Of a stretch of DNA of 64,000 bases, positions 38,660-52,544 are shown in pieces; within the stretch, counting starts at the first letter, position 1; each line of letters starts with the position of its first letter. The notes under the pieces are model-generated. The model did not search any database. It worked only from the letters and a program-made list of their open reading frames with translations, and had not been told where the DNA came from. The translations under genes were made by a program, and so were the position numbers. This stretch comes from Sphagnum compactum (lineage: Eukaryota). The stretch lies in contig OZ234494.1 in assembly GCA_965153455.1 (NCBI GenBank), positions 7,254,001 through 7,318,000 on the forward strand. The letters run 5' to 3'.

Positions 38660-41600
38660 AGTCATGAAAACATTTATGAAAAATTAATAAAAATCTTTTA
38701 ATGTAGTTGCAAATGTTGCAATAACACCAAACTGGAAAAGTTTAATAGAACTTGCAAATTCAAGTGAAAAAAAAGAATGGGAAAAATACCATTTTGAAAA
38801 AAAATCTGATTTACATAATTCATACACATTTGAAGAAGTTATAAAAGAAAACTCTAGAGAAGCATTAGTGCAAAACATATTGAATTTTGAACATATTATT
38901 GATGATGATTCAAAATCATTGACAATTGTTTTAGGAGAAGGTTTTTAACCACTTGGACTATTTTGTGATGCACATTTTGAAAAATATAAAATTTCAACAT
39001 TGTTGTCTTTTAGCCATTCAAGATCATCTTTTACATGTTCATATCAAAACATATTACAAGCTGAAGTAACAAGTGTTTATAATTTAAAAAACATATAACA
39101 AATATAAAATTTCAAAAAAATCAAAATTTTGATACATTTTACATTATCTTTTGCACGTGGATTTGTATATGAAAACCAAATTATTAGGTCAAATTTTCAT
39201 AGCTAACAATGTGTCAAATAATGTAAATAGCGGAAAAATGAAAATAAAATTAAAGTTATAGAACATTTGCTCGTATAAATACATCCCTAGGTTATTATAT
39301 TATTTTCAAAAAGAACTTTTTGCAATTATTAGACAACTTGAACCTTCACTTTTTTGGTAACATTTATTACTTGCATAAATAATTGGCCTATTATTATAAA
39401 ACCATTAAAAGACTTGCATATTGAACATGTTCAAAATGTAAAAATAGAAAATGATGATTTATTAAACATCACAACTTTTGTTAAAAACAATCCTATTACA
39501 TGTGCATGTTATTACATGAACATAACATGAATAGTTGTTAGTAACTTCTTAAAAACACCAATGTTTTGTTCAATGAAAAAAAAGAGAAAAAAATCTATAA
39601 CAAAATTTCAATTAATAGGTTTAACAATTGATCATGGATAGTTATGGTCTAAATAAGCTCTTAGGTTTGGAATTTCTACAAACAAAAAAATTGCAAATTT
39701 TGTTGATAAAGATTTAATACTTTATCAAAGTATTTTCAAAAGAAAAATTCACAATAGTCAAATGCATTAACACAAACAAACATGTTGGAAAAAAGAAAAC
39801 CAATTTGCTAATTCCAAACCACCAATGAAATACAAAAAAAATTATCATTTTAAATGAAAAAAACTATACTGAAATAACAACTCAAATTTTTGAAAAACTT
39901 GTTGACATGGGATTAGGTGCAAAAAAATCATTAAATGATTTTCATTCATTTCAAATAAATGAAGACATTCATTTATTTGTTATATAGTCCACATTACAAA
40001 AACCAACATTGTTTTGAAAATGTAAACCAAATGATATACAAACAAATGTATTTAACATACATGTGAAACTTTTGCGGGAAACAAATACAAAAGTATAATT
40101 TATTTTTAATTCATATGTTGCTACAATTTATTGCATTTATTATTTAACAAAAATAAGTAAATTTGTGACATGAAAAATAATATTCATATTGAATAAATGT
40201 AAATGGGAAGAAATTGAAACATTTGAAAAAATTAAAATATTAGGATATGAAATTTTAAATGCACAACAAATGTCTATCCAATAAATGGTACGTATATCAA
40301 TGTCAATTTCATTATATCATTGCACAAGATCATTTCAATTTGTGAACACATGTGAAAAACATGATAAATATTTTGTATTATTATCACAAAAAAATTAAAC
40401 AATTTATCTTCAACTTCAAAATGTAAATTCATTGCAAATCATGAATTGAAGAATACAAAACATGATGAAATCAAACATTAAATTGCCTTTGTTTAGCAAG
40501 ATTTTGCAAATTATGATATGAAGACATAAAAAAACATAAACATGGTAAGATTATTTGTTGGGTCTGATTTAATCTTTCATAAAGATTTAGAAAACCATTA
40601 TAGATAGTTATTGATTTTATTTGAACCTTTCAATGGACCATAAATTGATTTAAAGGGTTAACATCTTGCATAAAAATATGCTTATGTAAATGCAAAAGAT
40701 GACATTGAAAAAATATGAAAAAAGTTTTTATGTAATATTAAAATTTCAGATGAGTATGGTGATGAATGGGATGATTTACAATCACAAGTACAAGAATACA
40801 ACAAAAAACATGAAATAAATATATGTCAAAATATGATTTTGGATGAAATAATTCTTAATGCAAGTAATTCACAAAACAATAATACTTTTACAAATACAAA
40901 GAAGTTGAACTATATCATTTACATGTGAACATTATTCAAAATTTTAAAAAAAGATTAAAAAAATAATTCATAATTTTTGTCCATAAATAGTCCATGAATG
41001 CATACCATATGAAGAATTTTCATTGAACATGAAATTTTTTAATGATGAATAAATACTTATCATAGATGATAATTTATATAAAAAACTAAATATCATTTAA
41101 AATGTTTACACAATTTTCTAACGGGGGTGCAAATACAAGACAAAAAATTAGACTAATGTGTATCATACAAACTATGTCAAAATATTACATAAAAGACATC
41201 CCAAATGCTAACCCTATAGTTGCAAAGTTATGAAATTAACATACACAAGAAAAAATGCATTCAATGTCAATGGTACAACCATACATCTCACACTTGTCAT
41301 TCCTTTTAAAAACAATCTCAACAAACTTGAAACATTAAATGATGAAAAACATGATAATTTAATAAAAACTTACTATCAACTACGATTATTAGTAATAGAT
41401 GAAATATCCTTAGTGAGCAATAAAACATTAACATTCATTGCTCATAAATTATGCACAATAAAATAAACTCATAATCAATTTATGGGTGGTCTTGATTTTA
41501 TAAAGAAATGTAAATTTTTACCAAGCTTCTCCAATTCAAAATTTATAGATAAAAAAATAATGAATTCAATGTTTTGAGAACCATGAAAATGTAAACAATT

Positions 41601-41780
41601 ATGAATTAAGAAAAAATATGAAACAAAATAATTTTGATTTCATTAACATTCTAAACAGATTTCCAACTGCTTCATAAACAAATGAAAACATAAATTTCAT
41701 CAATAATATTTGTTTAAAACCACCATCAATGCACAACACACTATCACATTTATTTTATATAAACCTTAAAACCACTACCC
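38660..41780 (+). mobile_element. Decayed Helentron/Helitron2-type Rep-PIF1 helicase coding region
   Basis: Interrupted motifs in the expected order: GEGF*PLGLF.D, ELFAIIRQL, PITCA.YY, a decayed Rep HUH motif (FQ..G...HG*LW), N...FI.N.Y...YC..YLTK, NAQQMS, Walker A remnant FLTG/GA.T, NAFNVNGTTIH, LLVIDEISLV (Walker B), FMGGL. Very AT-rich with many stops. Confidence 0.8.
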
Positions 41781-42519
41781 ATAACAAAATATGGCCATGG
41801 AAATTCATTCTCAAATGGTTACCCCATAACAAAATATGGAAATGCTCAAATGGTTACCTAGTACACGCGATCTACCTATCTTACATCATTTCCTACAAAT
41901 ATGGTCGGAGACAATTGACACAAGTTAAAAAAGCCTTTTCAACTAATAAATGACCCAACATGGTCAAAAGATACATATGGTCAAATCTTACATCATTTTT
42001 GAAAATTCTACCTCAATGGTGCTTCCCATGAGTTCCATGTTCATGGTGGAAGTTGGGTGAGCAAAATTTGGATGGAAGAAGAAGATGAGTGATGAAGTTG
42101 ATGGTGGTGGTGATGATGATGATGAGGAGGAGTTGAAGTTGATGGTGATGTTTTTGTGTTGGTTGTTGATTTATATTCTTAGGCCCACTTTAGATGGGGT
42201 CCAGGGTCCAAATGGATAGGAACTAATGTGGACTCATTTGATGAATCCTTGAGTTGGAGCCTACCTTGGACACTAGCTTGCATCTTGGTTCTTCAAATCA
42301 TAAGCTTTTTCCTTCCTTTTTTTTTTTTTTTTTGGGTTTTGTGTCGTTTGAACCAATTGATGTTACCTCCAAAATGGTGCCATGTAGATTTAGCCTTGAT
42401 TTGCCACTTTTTGGTCTTGGACCCTCATCTAAAGGCCATAGGTCTAATTTATGGCTCTCATCCAATAGGATTGTTCTATTTCATTGGACCCTGGACCTTG
42501 GATCGTCATCAAAATTGGC

Positions 42520-42900
42520 CCTTATTGTGGATGTTGATGATGATGATGATGATGATGTGTTGATATTGTTGATGATCATATTGTGGATGATGATGATGAT
42601 GATGATGTGTTGATGTTGTTGATGATCATATTGTGGATGATGATGATGATGTGTTGATGTTGTTGATGATCATATTGTGGATGATGATGATGATGATGAT
42701 GATGTGTTGGTGTTGTTGATGATCATATTGTGGATGATGATGATGATGATGATGATGTGTTGATGTTGTTGATGATCATATTGTGGATGATGATGATGAT
42801 GATGTGTTGATGTTGTTGATGATCATATTGTGGATGATGATGATGATGATGATGTGTTGATGTTGTTGATGATCATATTGTGGATGATGATGATGATGTT
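42520..42900. repeat. Compound minisatellite: about 8 units of (GAT)n-GTGTTGATGTTGTTGATGATCATATTGTG
   Basis: Constant core with a variable number of GAT copies per unit. Confidence 0.95.
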
Positions 42901-43119
42901 GTTGTGGAAGAACATGATTCAGTCAGTGTTGGTGGAACTCGGAATTTGGAACACGAAAATTTCATTCTCCTCAACTGACAGTGTGTTTTGCGCTTGTTGA
43001 TGGAGAAGAAATTTGTTGGTGAGAAGCCGTCGTGGTGGTGCCGGAAGAGGGAGGGGAGGGAGGACGTGGAGTAGGGGGAACTTGGGGGTGTTCTAGAAGA
43101 AACGACCATGGTTGTTGTT

Positions 43120-44120
43120 GTTGTTGTTGTTGGATGAACCTTGAGAGAAAATTAATAGCCTGCCGCGTGTGGATAATCGCGAAGGAAATTAGAAATGGCC
43201 GACGCGGACTCGACGCGGAGAGTAAAGTCCTGGAAGACTCTGGTCTTCATTCCCCAAAGATGCGAAGCTGCACAACACGAGGTGGCGATAGTTTGTAGGC
43301 GAGCAGCATCACACTGTGTCTCTCTACGGAACTGCCAGTTGTGATGGGGATAATCCTCCGCTTGTGATCTTCTCTACTCCCGGGTATTTGTATTATTGTT
43401 TCCTCGCATTTTTTTTTCTGGCTTGATTTGCCGCATAATTCTTTCTGTAGAAATGTTCGAGAGGCTGCATGTAATATTTTTCTCTAGTCTAGAAGAAAGG
43501 GCAATGGTTTTTGTTGGATGAACCTTGAGAGAAAATGCCATGCAGCGACCTAAGGAAGTAAGAAGGGGCGTAGACGCGGATCATACCTCGAAGAAGCTGT
43601 TTTTCGGTCACCGCAGATGCGAAGCACAACGCTTGGTAAGAAAATATTGTAGCAGCATTGTTTTAGCCATTTCGCTCTGCACTCGACTAACAACTCGTGC
43701 TTTCGACTTCTGTTTCTCTCTACGGAAGTTGTGATGAGGATCCTCCGCTTGTGATCTTCTCTGCTTCCGGGTACGTCTATTGTTGTTTTCTCGCAAGGAT
43801 TTTTTTTGGGGTCTTGATTAGCGCAATCTGTTCAAGAAGCATGTTCTCTGTCTCTAGATCTATGCCCTTGCAGACAATCCTTTACTCCTGTTGTTTTCTC
43901 GCAAGGATTTTGTCTTGTTTCATCGCATCCTGTACACATGTTTCTGTTCAAGAAGCATGTTCTCTCTAGTCTTTCAGTGATCTAGAACGTGCCCTTGAAG
44001 ATCCTTTAGTTTCTGTTGGCTTTTTTGGCAAGGATGTTCGTCTTGTTTAGCGCATCCTGTACAATATCTGTTCAAGAATCAATATTGTTCTCTAGTTTTT
44101 CGGTGCAGATCTAGAGTGCC
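43120..44120 (+). repeat. Diverged tandem duplications upstream of the lipase gene
   Basis: TTGGATGAACCTTGAGAGAAAAT at about 43130 and 43514; TCCTCCGCTTGTGATCTTCTCT at about 43353 and 43741; GCAAGGAT..GCGCATC..TCTGTTCAAGAA three times at 43790-44080. Confidence 0.75.
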
Positions 44121-44472
44121 CTTGCAGTTCCTTCGTCTCGGTCGATCATCTGTCGTCCATCGCTTATTGCCATCCGTTTTGTCCACTAACCCGTTTTGTT
44201 TTTCCTTAACATTCTTGAGGATTTATTTTTGTTTCCTGCATCAGTTCTTTAGAAAATCCAAGCCTCATTACTCTCCTGGCGTACTGATCCGCTTCCCATT
44301 TTCTCGTTCTGTATGATTTTTGATCGATCGTAGGTTTGCAGACTCACGAGGACGGTTCGTTACAAGCATCATCTGGCTTCCTAGCACTCCGGGAAATTTC
44401 TGTGTATCTTGTTCTCACTAGCGGGACGAAGATTTCTTCGCTTTTGATGTTAGGGTTAGGGTTAAGCGAAAG

Positions 44473-47400
44473 ATGAAACTATTGAGAACGTGTCAAGGAG
44501 CAGAAACACGGCAAACTGTTCCAATGCAACACTGGGAAGACATTTTACGACCAGCCTTACACTCTCAAGACATATTATCAACATCTGCATTTGAAGATGG
44601 TAAGGAAAAAATCACAATCTAATAGTATACCCTTATCTGTACTGAGAGGTCTCTGAAGGTGATTATATTGCTCTGATACATTGTGTGAGCAACTCTCACA
44701 ATATCATGACTGCACTCATTGTGATGCAGCCACCTTCAAAGGTGTTGTTGTGGAAACTTCTCTGCAATATGGATACCGGAGGTCCCTGGAAAATTGCAAT
44801 TCCAGGGACCTCCAAGATCTACAATCTCACTGCAGAGCTCCACAAACTGAAATTGTGTTTGTGTTTGCAATTTTGTGCATAATGAATGAAGGTGATCTGC
44901 AGTGAGATTGTAGAGTCTTTGTTATAAGCTTGATTTTTTTCTCTGATGTCTGTCTTTGCGCGCATCTCTGCTAATTGTCAAACCTTAAACCCAGGCTGCA
45001 AGAATTTAGCAAATCCTTGGAGTCATGTTGTAAATCTGTTGTTGGAGGATTTTGGGTCAGATTTATGTAGTGCAATCTACCTCCCATTTTTCTGCAAGGC
45101 CATTTGGGACGTTTCTGTTTGAGAATCAAAGTCCAGCAAATATCTCATGTGGAACTTGCATTGATGCTTGTGTCCACTTTCATTGTAGCTGCTATTTTGT
45201 GGAAATTACTGGTCTCTTATCATCAATATTGTGGTCTAAAGTTTTTATCCTCCTACAATGTATGTGGATGCAGGCATTGAAAAGGGAGCTGTGTCAAGTG
45301 GCTTTCAGAAACTCCTAATTCCAATTGCAGCAAGCTTAAAAAAAAGTTTTTTAGGAGCACAGAAATGGACACTATCACAGATCACTGCTGGACTCTGGAA
45401 AGTGCATTGCCGGCATGTTCTTGAAAATGCCTGCGATTCTATTGCTGGCATTCCCGTTTCTAATCCGTGAGCTCTTCTTCTGCTTTCTGAAGTGTGTAGG
45501 AAATGGAATGAGTGGCATTTATAAGAAAAATGGCGTGCTTTTGGACATGAGATTTACCGTTAATTGCCAGAAAGTTTTTGATGAAATTTTATGTTTGATG
45601 ACTCTGGACAAGGTCACTCTGGGCATTCAATGGGCTAAAACTTTGAGGCACATGAGAGCTCAAATCACCTATTTTCAATGACAGTCCAAGTCTGGTTTCG
45701 AGCAAGTTGTTCATTTCAGACCACCTTTAGATGGAAAGTTGATGGTACAATTCTCTTGCAGGTTGGAACTGGAGGAAATGTTGGAATGGATTTACTGGGC
45801 TTTGGCGGCATACAAAAAAGATTCACAATCTCTTGCCACTTTCCTCCAGGTAAAATTGTGCATTTCAGTAGTGGTGTGATTTTTGTTGGTGAATTTTTTT
45901 GACAGGATTATATCTCCATGAACTTGTGTGATTCATGCAAGGTTCTCACCCACACTCCTCTGTAACCTCTGCATTTGTCACATCCTGTTTCCTAAGAAAT
46001 TGGGTCTTTGTTTGTAAATTCGAGTTGCTACTTCTTCTCAGAATCTCCCATCTAGATATGTTGGTCTTCGCATGCTAGATTATACTTGCTAGGGTTGCTG
46101 AGAAGAAAAAGGATTGGAAAATGCTGCAGATAAACGAGCAGGATGTGGTGAAAATGGTGCCAAAATCTGCAGTGTTGCAGCCAGCATATTTTGTGGCAAT
46201 CCACCATAAGCGCAAGAGTGTGGTGATGGGCATCCGAGGCACTAATACCACTTCTGACCTTCTCACAGACCTTCATTCTCACAGTGTGCCCTTTTGTGGG
46301 GGGTAAGGAGTATTCTCTTACCTTACATTATGCTCTTGGTTCACATTTTTCCTTCCAAATCTTAAACTACTAAGTATATGCCTACACTCTTTCATTTGAC
46401 TCTTGTATGCTCTTGTGTATATAAACAGGGTAGCACATGCAGGAATGCTAACATCAGCTCAGTGGCTTTTAAACCATGAAGCTGCCACATTATGCAACAT
46501 ACTTCTCAATCATTCGGTGGGTAAATTTCTTCCTTGTTTGTATATGGAACCAGTGCTTGCACATCTTTCTTTCCACTCTCACTGTATGGAGACCATGGAG
46601 ACCACTGTTGTGTATTCTGGAACCACAGTAGTTGGGTTTGTCTGCTCACTCTAAGAGCATTTGTCAAATGCTCTTCAAGCCTTGCATCTTATCTACGCTG
46701 TGATCCATATTATTTTGATTGTCTATGGGAAGAACTGTGTTTCATGCAATAACATTGACCATTTGATGGATGGACAATCTCTGACCAAGGAGTCCATCTC
46801 ATTTTCCCACTGCTAGCTCATTGGATGTTAATTGAACACACATGCATGAAAAGAATCGGGATGTGGATAGGTGTTCTTAGGATTTTGGATAGCTGGAGTA
46901 TTTGGAGGACTTTTAATTTTAAGTTGAAATTTTCTGAAGTTCTTGGAGAATGTTTAATGTTGTTTAGCAATGTTTCAGAAATGTTTGGAGTAATTGTAAT
47001 GTTTCTTTAGCAATGTTTCAGAACTTTTCTGGCTTTTCAGATATCTGGATGGGTGGACTGAGATGTTGCATTGTGGGAAGGCAGGGGTATAAATTGGTGC
47101 TAACAGGCCACTCACTTGGGGGCTCCATAGCTTCATTACTGACAATGCTAGTAAGGGAAACTGGTGGGGGTACTTATTCAACTAGCCTGAAAATTCGACC
47201 ATCAAAGATCTTTTGTTGGGGATATGGAAGTGCCCCATGTGTTGATCGAACTCTTGCCACCTCCGCCAATTTCATTTGCAATGTTGTCCTTCAGGTAATG
47301 TTTACTTTCATGAGCTTATGGAGCGTACAGAGTGTGTTTATCTGCCTATTATCTGGGGCCAGGACTAGTTCCACGTCATGGCGGAGAATATTTATTCTTT

Positions 47401-48943
47401 AAGACTTGGAAATCTGAAAATTAGACTGTGTACTCCACTATTAAATCCACCATTACATATATTGCAGTTCAATGGATAGTCACCATCAAATCCTTGGCAA
47501 TGAACTACAATTCAAGCAGAAGGGAGACTTTGAATCCAAAGTACACTGGCTAAATTGTCTGTCATAAATCGTAATGCTGGCTAAATTTCTCTAATTTCGC
47601 CTGCAATTTTCTTTGACTTTCATACCTGGACTGGAGGGTAATATCATGTTTTGAGAGAGTGTATCAAAATTAAGCACTTACTACAATAGGATGGGTTTTT
47701 CCCCTCCAGAGTTCTGTGTTTGTCCAATGTGCTTTTTCAGCTTAGCACAATGAGTGGGATTTGTGGAACAGGATGATCTAGTAGCACGATTGAGCCCTGC
47801 TTCAATTGAGGTTCTACGCAGAGAAATTCAGGATACAGGATGGTGTGTACATGTTCCCTGAACCCTTGCATGTATTCTGTGACTTCAGATTTGTATAGCA
47901 CTGTGGTTTGAAGTCAGGTGGTGGTTCATGTTGCAGAGTAGTGTGCAGACATATAATAGGGTGTTCATAATTGGTGAAAAATAGATGTCAACAATATATT
48001 TGTGCAAATTTTACATGAATTTGCTTCACAGTATTACATGTCTGCACATTATGAGAGTGTCGCCTAATATCCTGCTTCAATGCATTGCTGAATTATTTCA
48101 ATTCTTAGTAATATTTTGGTTCTTCCCTTTACTGGATGGTTCTTCCAGGAGTGATGCGCTGAAGGAGGGGCGGATAAAGACAATTGTTGAGAAACTTGAA
48201 AAAGCAGAGTTGGGAGCCTTCAATATGGAGACTCTCATGGTTACGAAAAATCGTATTCTCTCACAGGTTGCAACTGTTGCAGGAAGACAAAGTTGCTCCC
48301 CTGTAAATACTGTGCAGAACTTTGTTTACACTGGAGATGATGTTTCAAGTAGCATCGCTTCAAGTAGTCTGATTTCAACCTCTTCAACCCATGGTATGAG
48401 CCCATGCTTCTCCATTCACTGTGGTTTGAAACAGTTTGGCGAAATTCCTAACTATTGTTGTCGTAGTGCTCCCAGTTTTGTTAATAGCTTGGTTGGTTCT
48501 GCTTGTATTACACAGCAAGGAGCCATCTAAATTGGTCCTCAAGAGAACACACGGGCATTTCGGAAATGATTGAAGCTGGAATGTCCAACAATAAGATAAA
48601 TTTAGAAAGGCGACGCCATTATCTTCCGGGTATCCTGTACCATATCATGCGTAAACAATCAGAAGCAGAGTCATCATATTCATCAACAACAGTGCATACA
48701 CCTCCACATGTTTGTCAGAATTCTCTGAAAGCCCCGACAAAAATGTCAGCAGCAGGCTCACGATACGTTGTAATTCGAGCAACAGATCCAACATCTCGAT
48801 TTGGTAGAATTGTACTATCAAATACTATACTTTCGGACCACAGCTGTTTCCAGTATATTGAGGGCATGTCAGATGCTTTGAATACAGCACATGACTCATG
48901 GACTCCTCACCATTTGTTGAGCAACATATGCTTCTGGAAGTGA
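44473..48943 (+). CDS. Class 3 lipase (mono/diacylglycerol lipase-like alpha/beta hydrolase), about 540 aa; exons 44473-44599, 45274-45466, 45762-45849, 46130-46302, 46429-46516, 47085-47294, 47772-47842, 48149-48393, 48516-48943
   Basis: All introns are GT..AG with matching phases. Motifs: PAYFVAIHH..VVMGIRGT, AHAGM, nucleophile elbow LTGHSLGG, NVVLQ|DDLVARLS (Asp), YLPG, LSDH (His). The first exon is the least certain. Confidence 0.88.
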
Positions 48944-50869
48944 GACAGTAAGTTTTCGTAACTCTCTTTCATTTGCTCTTGATAATGACTTTAGTGTTGC
49001 AACTTTCTTGAGTGTATACATTGTTTTACTTCACCATGGATCACAGGTGGCCCCATGTAAATTCCTGAGGTCACACTATCCTTTGTAACAACTGGGGTCA
49101 CTAATCACAGGTGACCTGAGTGCAGTCAAAGAAGAAAGTAAAAACATAGGTAGGTTGCAATGGGTGGAATTTGGGAGGCCCAAAGATGATGGTTTGCTTC
49201 TTTTCTAACATTACGGGAAAACCCATTGAAGATTTTATGGCGAAACCCACATCCATGTCATTGGTATTCCAAATCCTTCGGACTTGGAACTCAAAATTAG
49301 ATAACTGATGCTTGGTTGATTTATGACATGTAAATGCCTGCTGGATTTTCTTTGGTGTAATATGACTTGTGAAGCTATGTTGTTACAGGCCATAATATTT
49401 TGCCCACAACAACAGCAGGCGATTACATTTAATCTGCAGGCTTTATGCTTTTGGTAAAGTCCACTACTCCCATTCCCCTGCCCACTTCTTTTGGTAGGAG
49501 TTTAAAAGAAAGTCCACAGGTTTTTTATGCTGGTCTAATTCCTTTGATAACCTTGTCCCACGCACATTAAACAAATGCTTGTAATTCACATCACCAATAC
49601 TTTCAGTTTTTTTAATGGATGGTAAATTTGAAGTACAACCCAACCTCTGTCTTGTCCTTTGGATTGTATTGAATTCCATGATTGTGATTGGCATTTCTTT
49701 GGTGGCAAAATGCATTCATCCTGGCATCCTGGCAAACCTCAAAAAAAAAATTGGGAATGGTTTTTTTTCCCATCCCAAATTCCTTGTGCTTTAAATTGTG
49801 TCAACTTATCAGACAAAAGAAAAAACTGGGGAAATGTTCATCACATTTGGACTGAACTTCTAATTGAGGGTAGTTTTCTCACCAGATTAAAAAAATTGTT
49901 TGGACAATTTTCTAGAAACCTTAGTGTAGTAATGAATGCTAAAAGATGGACAAAGGAAAAACACTGAAACATTGTGATCTTGAAACATTGTCTTATGTTA
50001 TTCTCATTGTGTCTTTTATTGTGTTTATTGTGCACTACAATTATTTGGCCAGGCCACACAATGTCGAAAACAAGTTCAATATTGGAAAAGCTGAACTTGG
50101 GTATGTGATGTTGGAGACCGACCTTACATGAGGACATCAAAAAATCACTTGACATTTTGTGTGAGAATCACTTCAACAGTAAATATTGTCATTCATACCA
50201 TCTATGACTCAATACATGATTTGTACGTGTGATTAGGTGTTAATATTGTTGCACTTTGATGGGTAGCTCAGTTGTGTTTGAGGATGTTATGTCATTTTCC
50301 TTTATAATGGCAATAAGGGGGGGGGGGGGGTGGGGAGTGACGGATATTAATTAGTTGTGCGGAACCCCAAAGTTCAATTTTTTTCCTTTTATGATGTGCA
50401 TTTTTGGTTGGTCCATCACAAAAAAAAAACCTTAATCAAACTTTCGATAGTTCTAAAAGAAATATGTTACAATGTCCTCCTTTGGGTTGGTTATATAAGT
50501 TACAAGAATAGAACTTAGGACAAAGGATACGGGATAAAGTGAGGAGTTATTGGGAACATGTTGGGGAACACATTGGAAACTTGGGGAACATATTGATGGG
50601 AACACATTCTTTGCCATTTTTGCCCTAGGCTAATGGGTAGGGGCATGAACCATGGGTGTGTGTTATAAGTACCATGATACGTTTGTCATAAATTATGTTA
50701 TGTTAGAAATGCTGGCATCTTCAAAATGTATTAATTATTTGGTAAGCCATGTGCTGAAGCCGCCCATGTACTCCCAATATTAGACTTTGTCATGGTTATA
50801 CAACTGTAAGAATAACAACTTCATGGCCATATATATAGGCTAATAATATTCATGTTTTCTGTTTTGGCA

Positions 50870-51110
50870 AAAAGTTGCCACTTGGTGACAAAAAAAAAAG
50901 TTCATGGGACTGATATGAAGGATTTTTGTGAAAAAAAACTCACCAAACTTGCCAGATTTTGAGGAAATACATTTATGGAATTGCCATATTTAAACAATAG
51001 GTTTCAGCATGTTGCCAAAATAAAGCAGGATTCCAAATTTGGCTACTTCCTCTTGTGAATGGTTGCCCATGTGGCAATATCCCAAAGTTGAGAGGAAAAA
51101 AAGCCTTGGT
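50870..51110. repeat. Dispersed repeat; second copy at about 52860-53070
   Basis: GCCATATTTA.ACAATAG.TT..AGCATGTTGCCAA is shared. Confidence 0.7.
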
Positions 51111-51655
51111 TACAACCACTTGTAATATGGAAAAATGTGTACTTTTATAATTCTAAACCTAATGAAAATAATATTTAAAAAATGATGATTTCACTAAAAA
51201 CATTTAGAATATGAAATTTGAATTAATGTAAATTTGTAAAACATATGTTTTTTCATTTCTATTTTTTGAGTTCCTTACAACAGCATTTGACATGAAAAGC
51301 TTGAATTTGGTGGGAATGTATAATAATACATCATCAAACTTTGTACTACACATTTAAAAATCATTATTTTGAACTGCAAGGAAGAAGTTTGAAAGCCATT
51401 TAACAGCTGAAGCATTATTGTTTACAATAACTTTTTAATGAAGGCCATTATGTTGTTTTTGTTTTGGATTCATTTGCACAAGTACGATAGTTTGAAGTTC
51501 ATATTATAAAATTGTATTCTAACATGCTTTTGACACATTTGTACTTCCTAAAGTCATGTGTAAATCACTTCAGAATTTCATATGTAGTTGAACACAATTG
51601 ATGATTGAAAATTGAAAACTATGGCATGCAATGGTTTGCAAAATATAGACCAAAC

Positions 51656-52544
51656 CAATGTTGGATTGGTATATAGGTTGTGTACTCAGATATCAATTCA
51701 GGTATCAATATGAATATGAAAATACTTGACCCGTCGGGTATGGCTTGCTCATCGTATTGTGGTTGAGACCATATTGCCATGGTATGTGAAAATTGGGTAT
51801 TTCAATTCATATTAGATTCAACTCCTAACAACATTTTAGGTACTTTGATCTATTCATACACAACTATTTATGAGCATCAATGCCATGGTATGAGTATCAA
51901 CTTTTTTAGGGTGTAAGGTGTGAGTTATAAATTGTAAGCTATATTTTTTTTCAGCATGGCGGGAAATTGTTACATTATAACCAAGGGTGGTTCTTCAATG
52001 TTGATAGTCTTTGCTTATGATCAATGATGCATTAGTGATGAATATACGACCTCTTCAAATCAAAGTTGTCATAATATTTTTTTTTGTCAATTATTGTATA
52101 TGACTTATCAAGTGATGATTTTTTTTTCCAACTTGGGATTTACATGTGTAGATGAATTTTATTAATTTTATGCCTTTATAATATTAAAATTTTCCAACTT
52201 AGCAGCTTTAGCCTTTGATCAATGATGCATTTGTAATGATTTTGGGACTACAAATCAATTTTGTTGTGACCAATCCTTTGTTGGTTTTTTTTAGGGTTCA
52301 TCAAGGATTTTTTCTTTTCAACTTCTGCAAAAAGTTGCACTTTTTTTGTGGCATCACACATTTCAATACCATGATACTCATACCATGGTGTGAAAATTGT
52401 AAACTTCGTACATATTGATACCACCTGGTATGAGTTTTCATATTTTTGCCTCAATACCCATACTACCATGGTATACAAATTTCAAAAAAAGTCAAATACC
52501 CATACAAGATGGGTATGTTAAAAATCAATACCAATCCAACACTA
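51656..52544. mobile_element. Non-autonomous hAT-type MITE, 889 bp
   Basis: 17-bp imperfect TIRs CAATGTTGGATTGGTAT / ATACCAATCCAACACTA. Perfect 8-bp TSD GACCAAAC (51648-51655 and 52545-52552). Subterminal (G)GTAT/ATAC(C)-rich motifs; no coding capacity. Confidence 0.85.

Noticed and set aside
42520-42900. CRISPR-like array or poly-Asp/Met/His coding region
   Set aside because: The spacers are only (GAT)n, there are no cas genes, and the context is eukaryotic. The ORFs are repeat artefacts.
44995-45055. Extra lipase exon GCKNLANPWSHVVNLLLEDFG
   Set aside because: The available GT donor gives the wrong phase for the next exon, and exon 1 joins 45274 directly.
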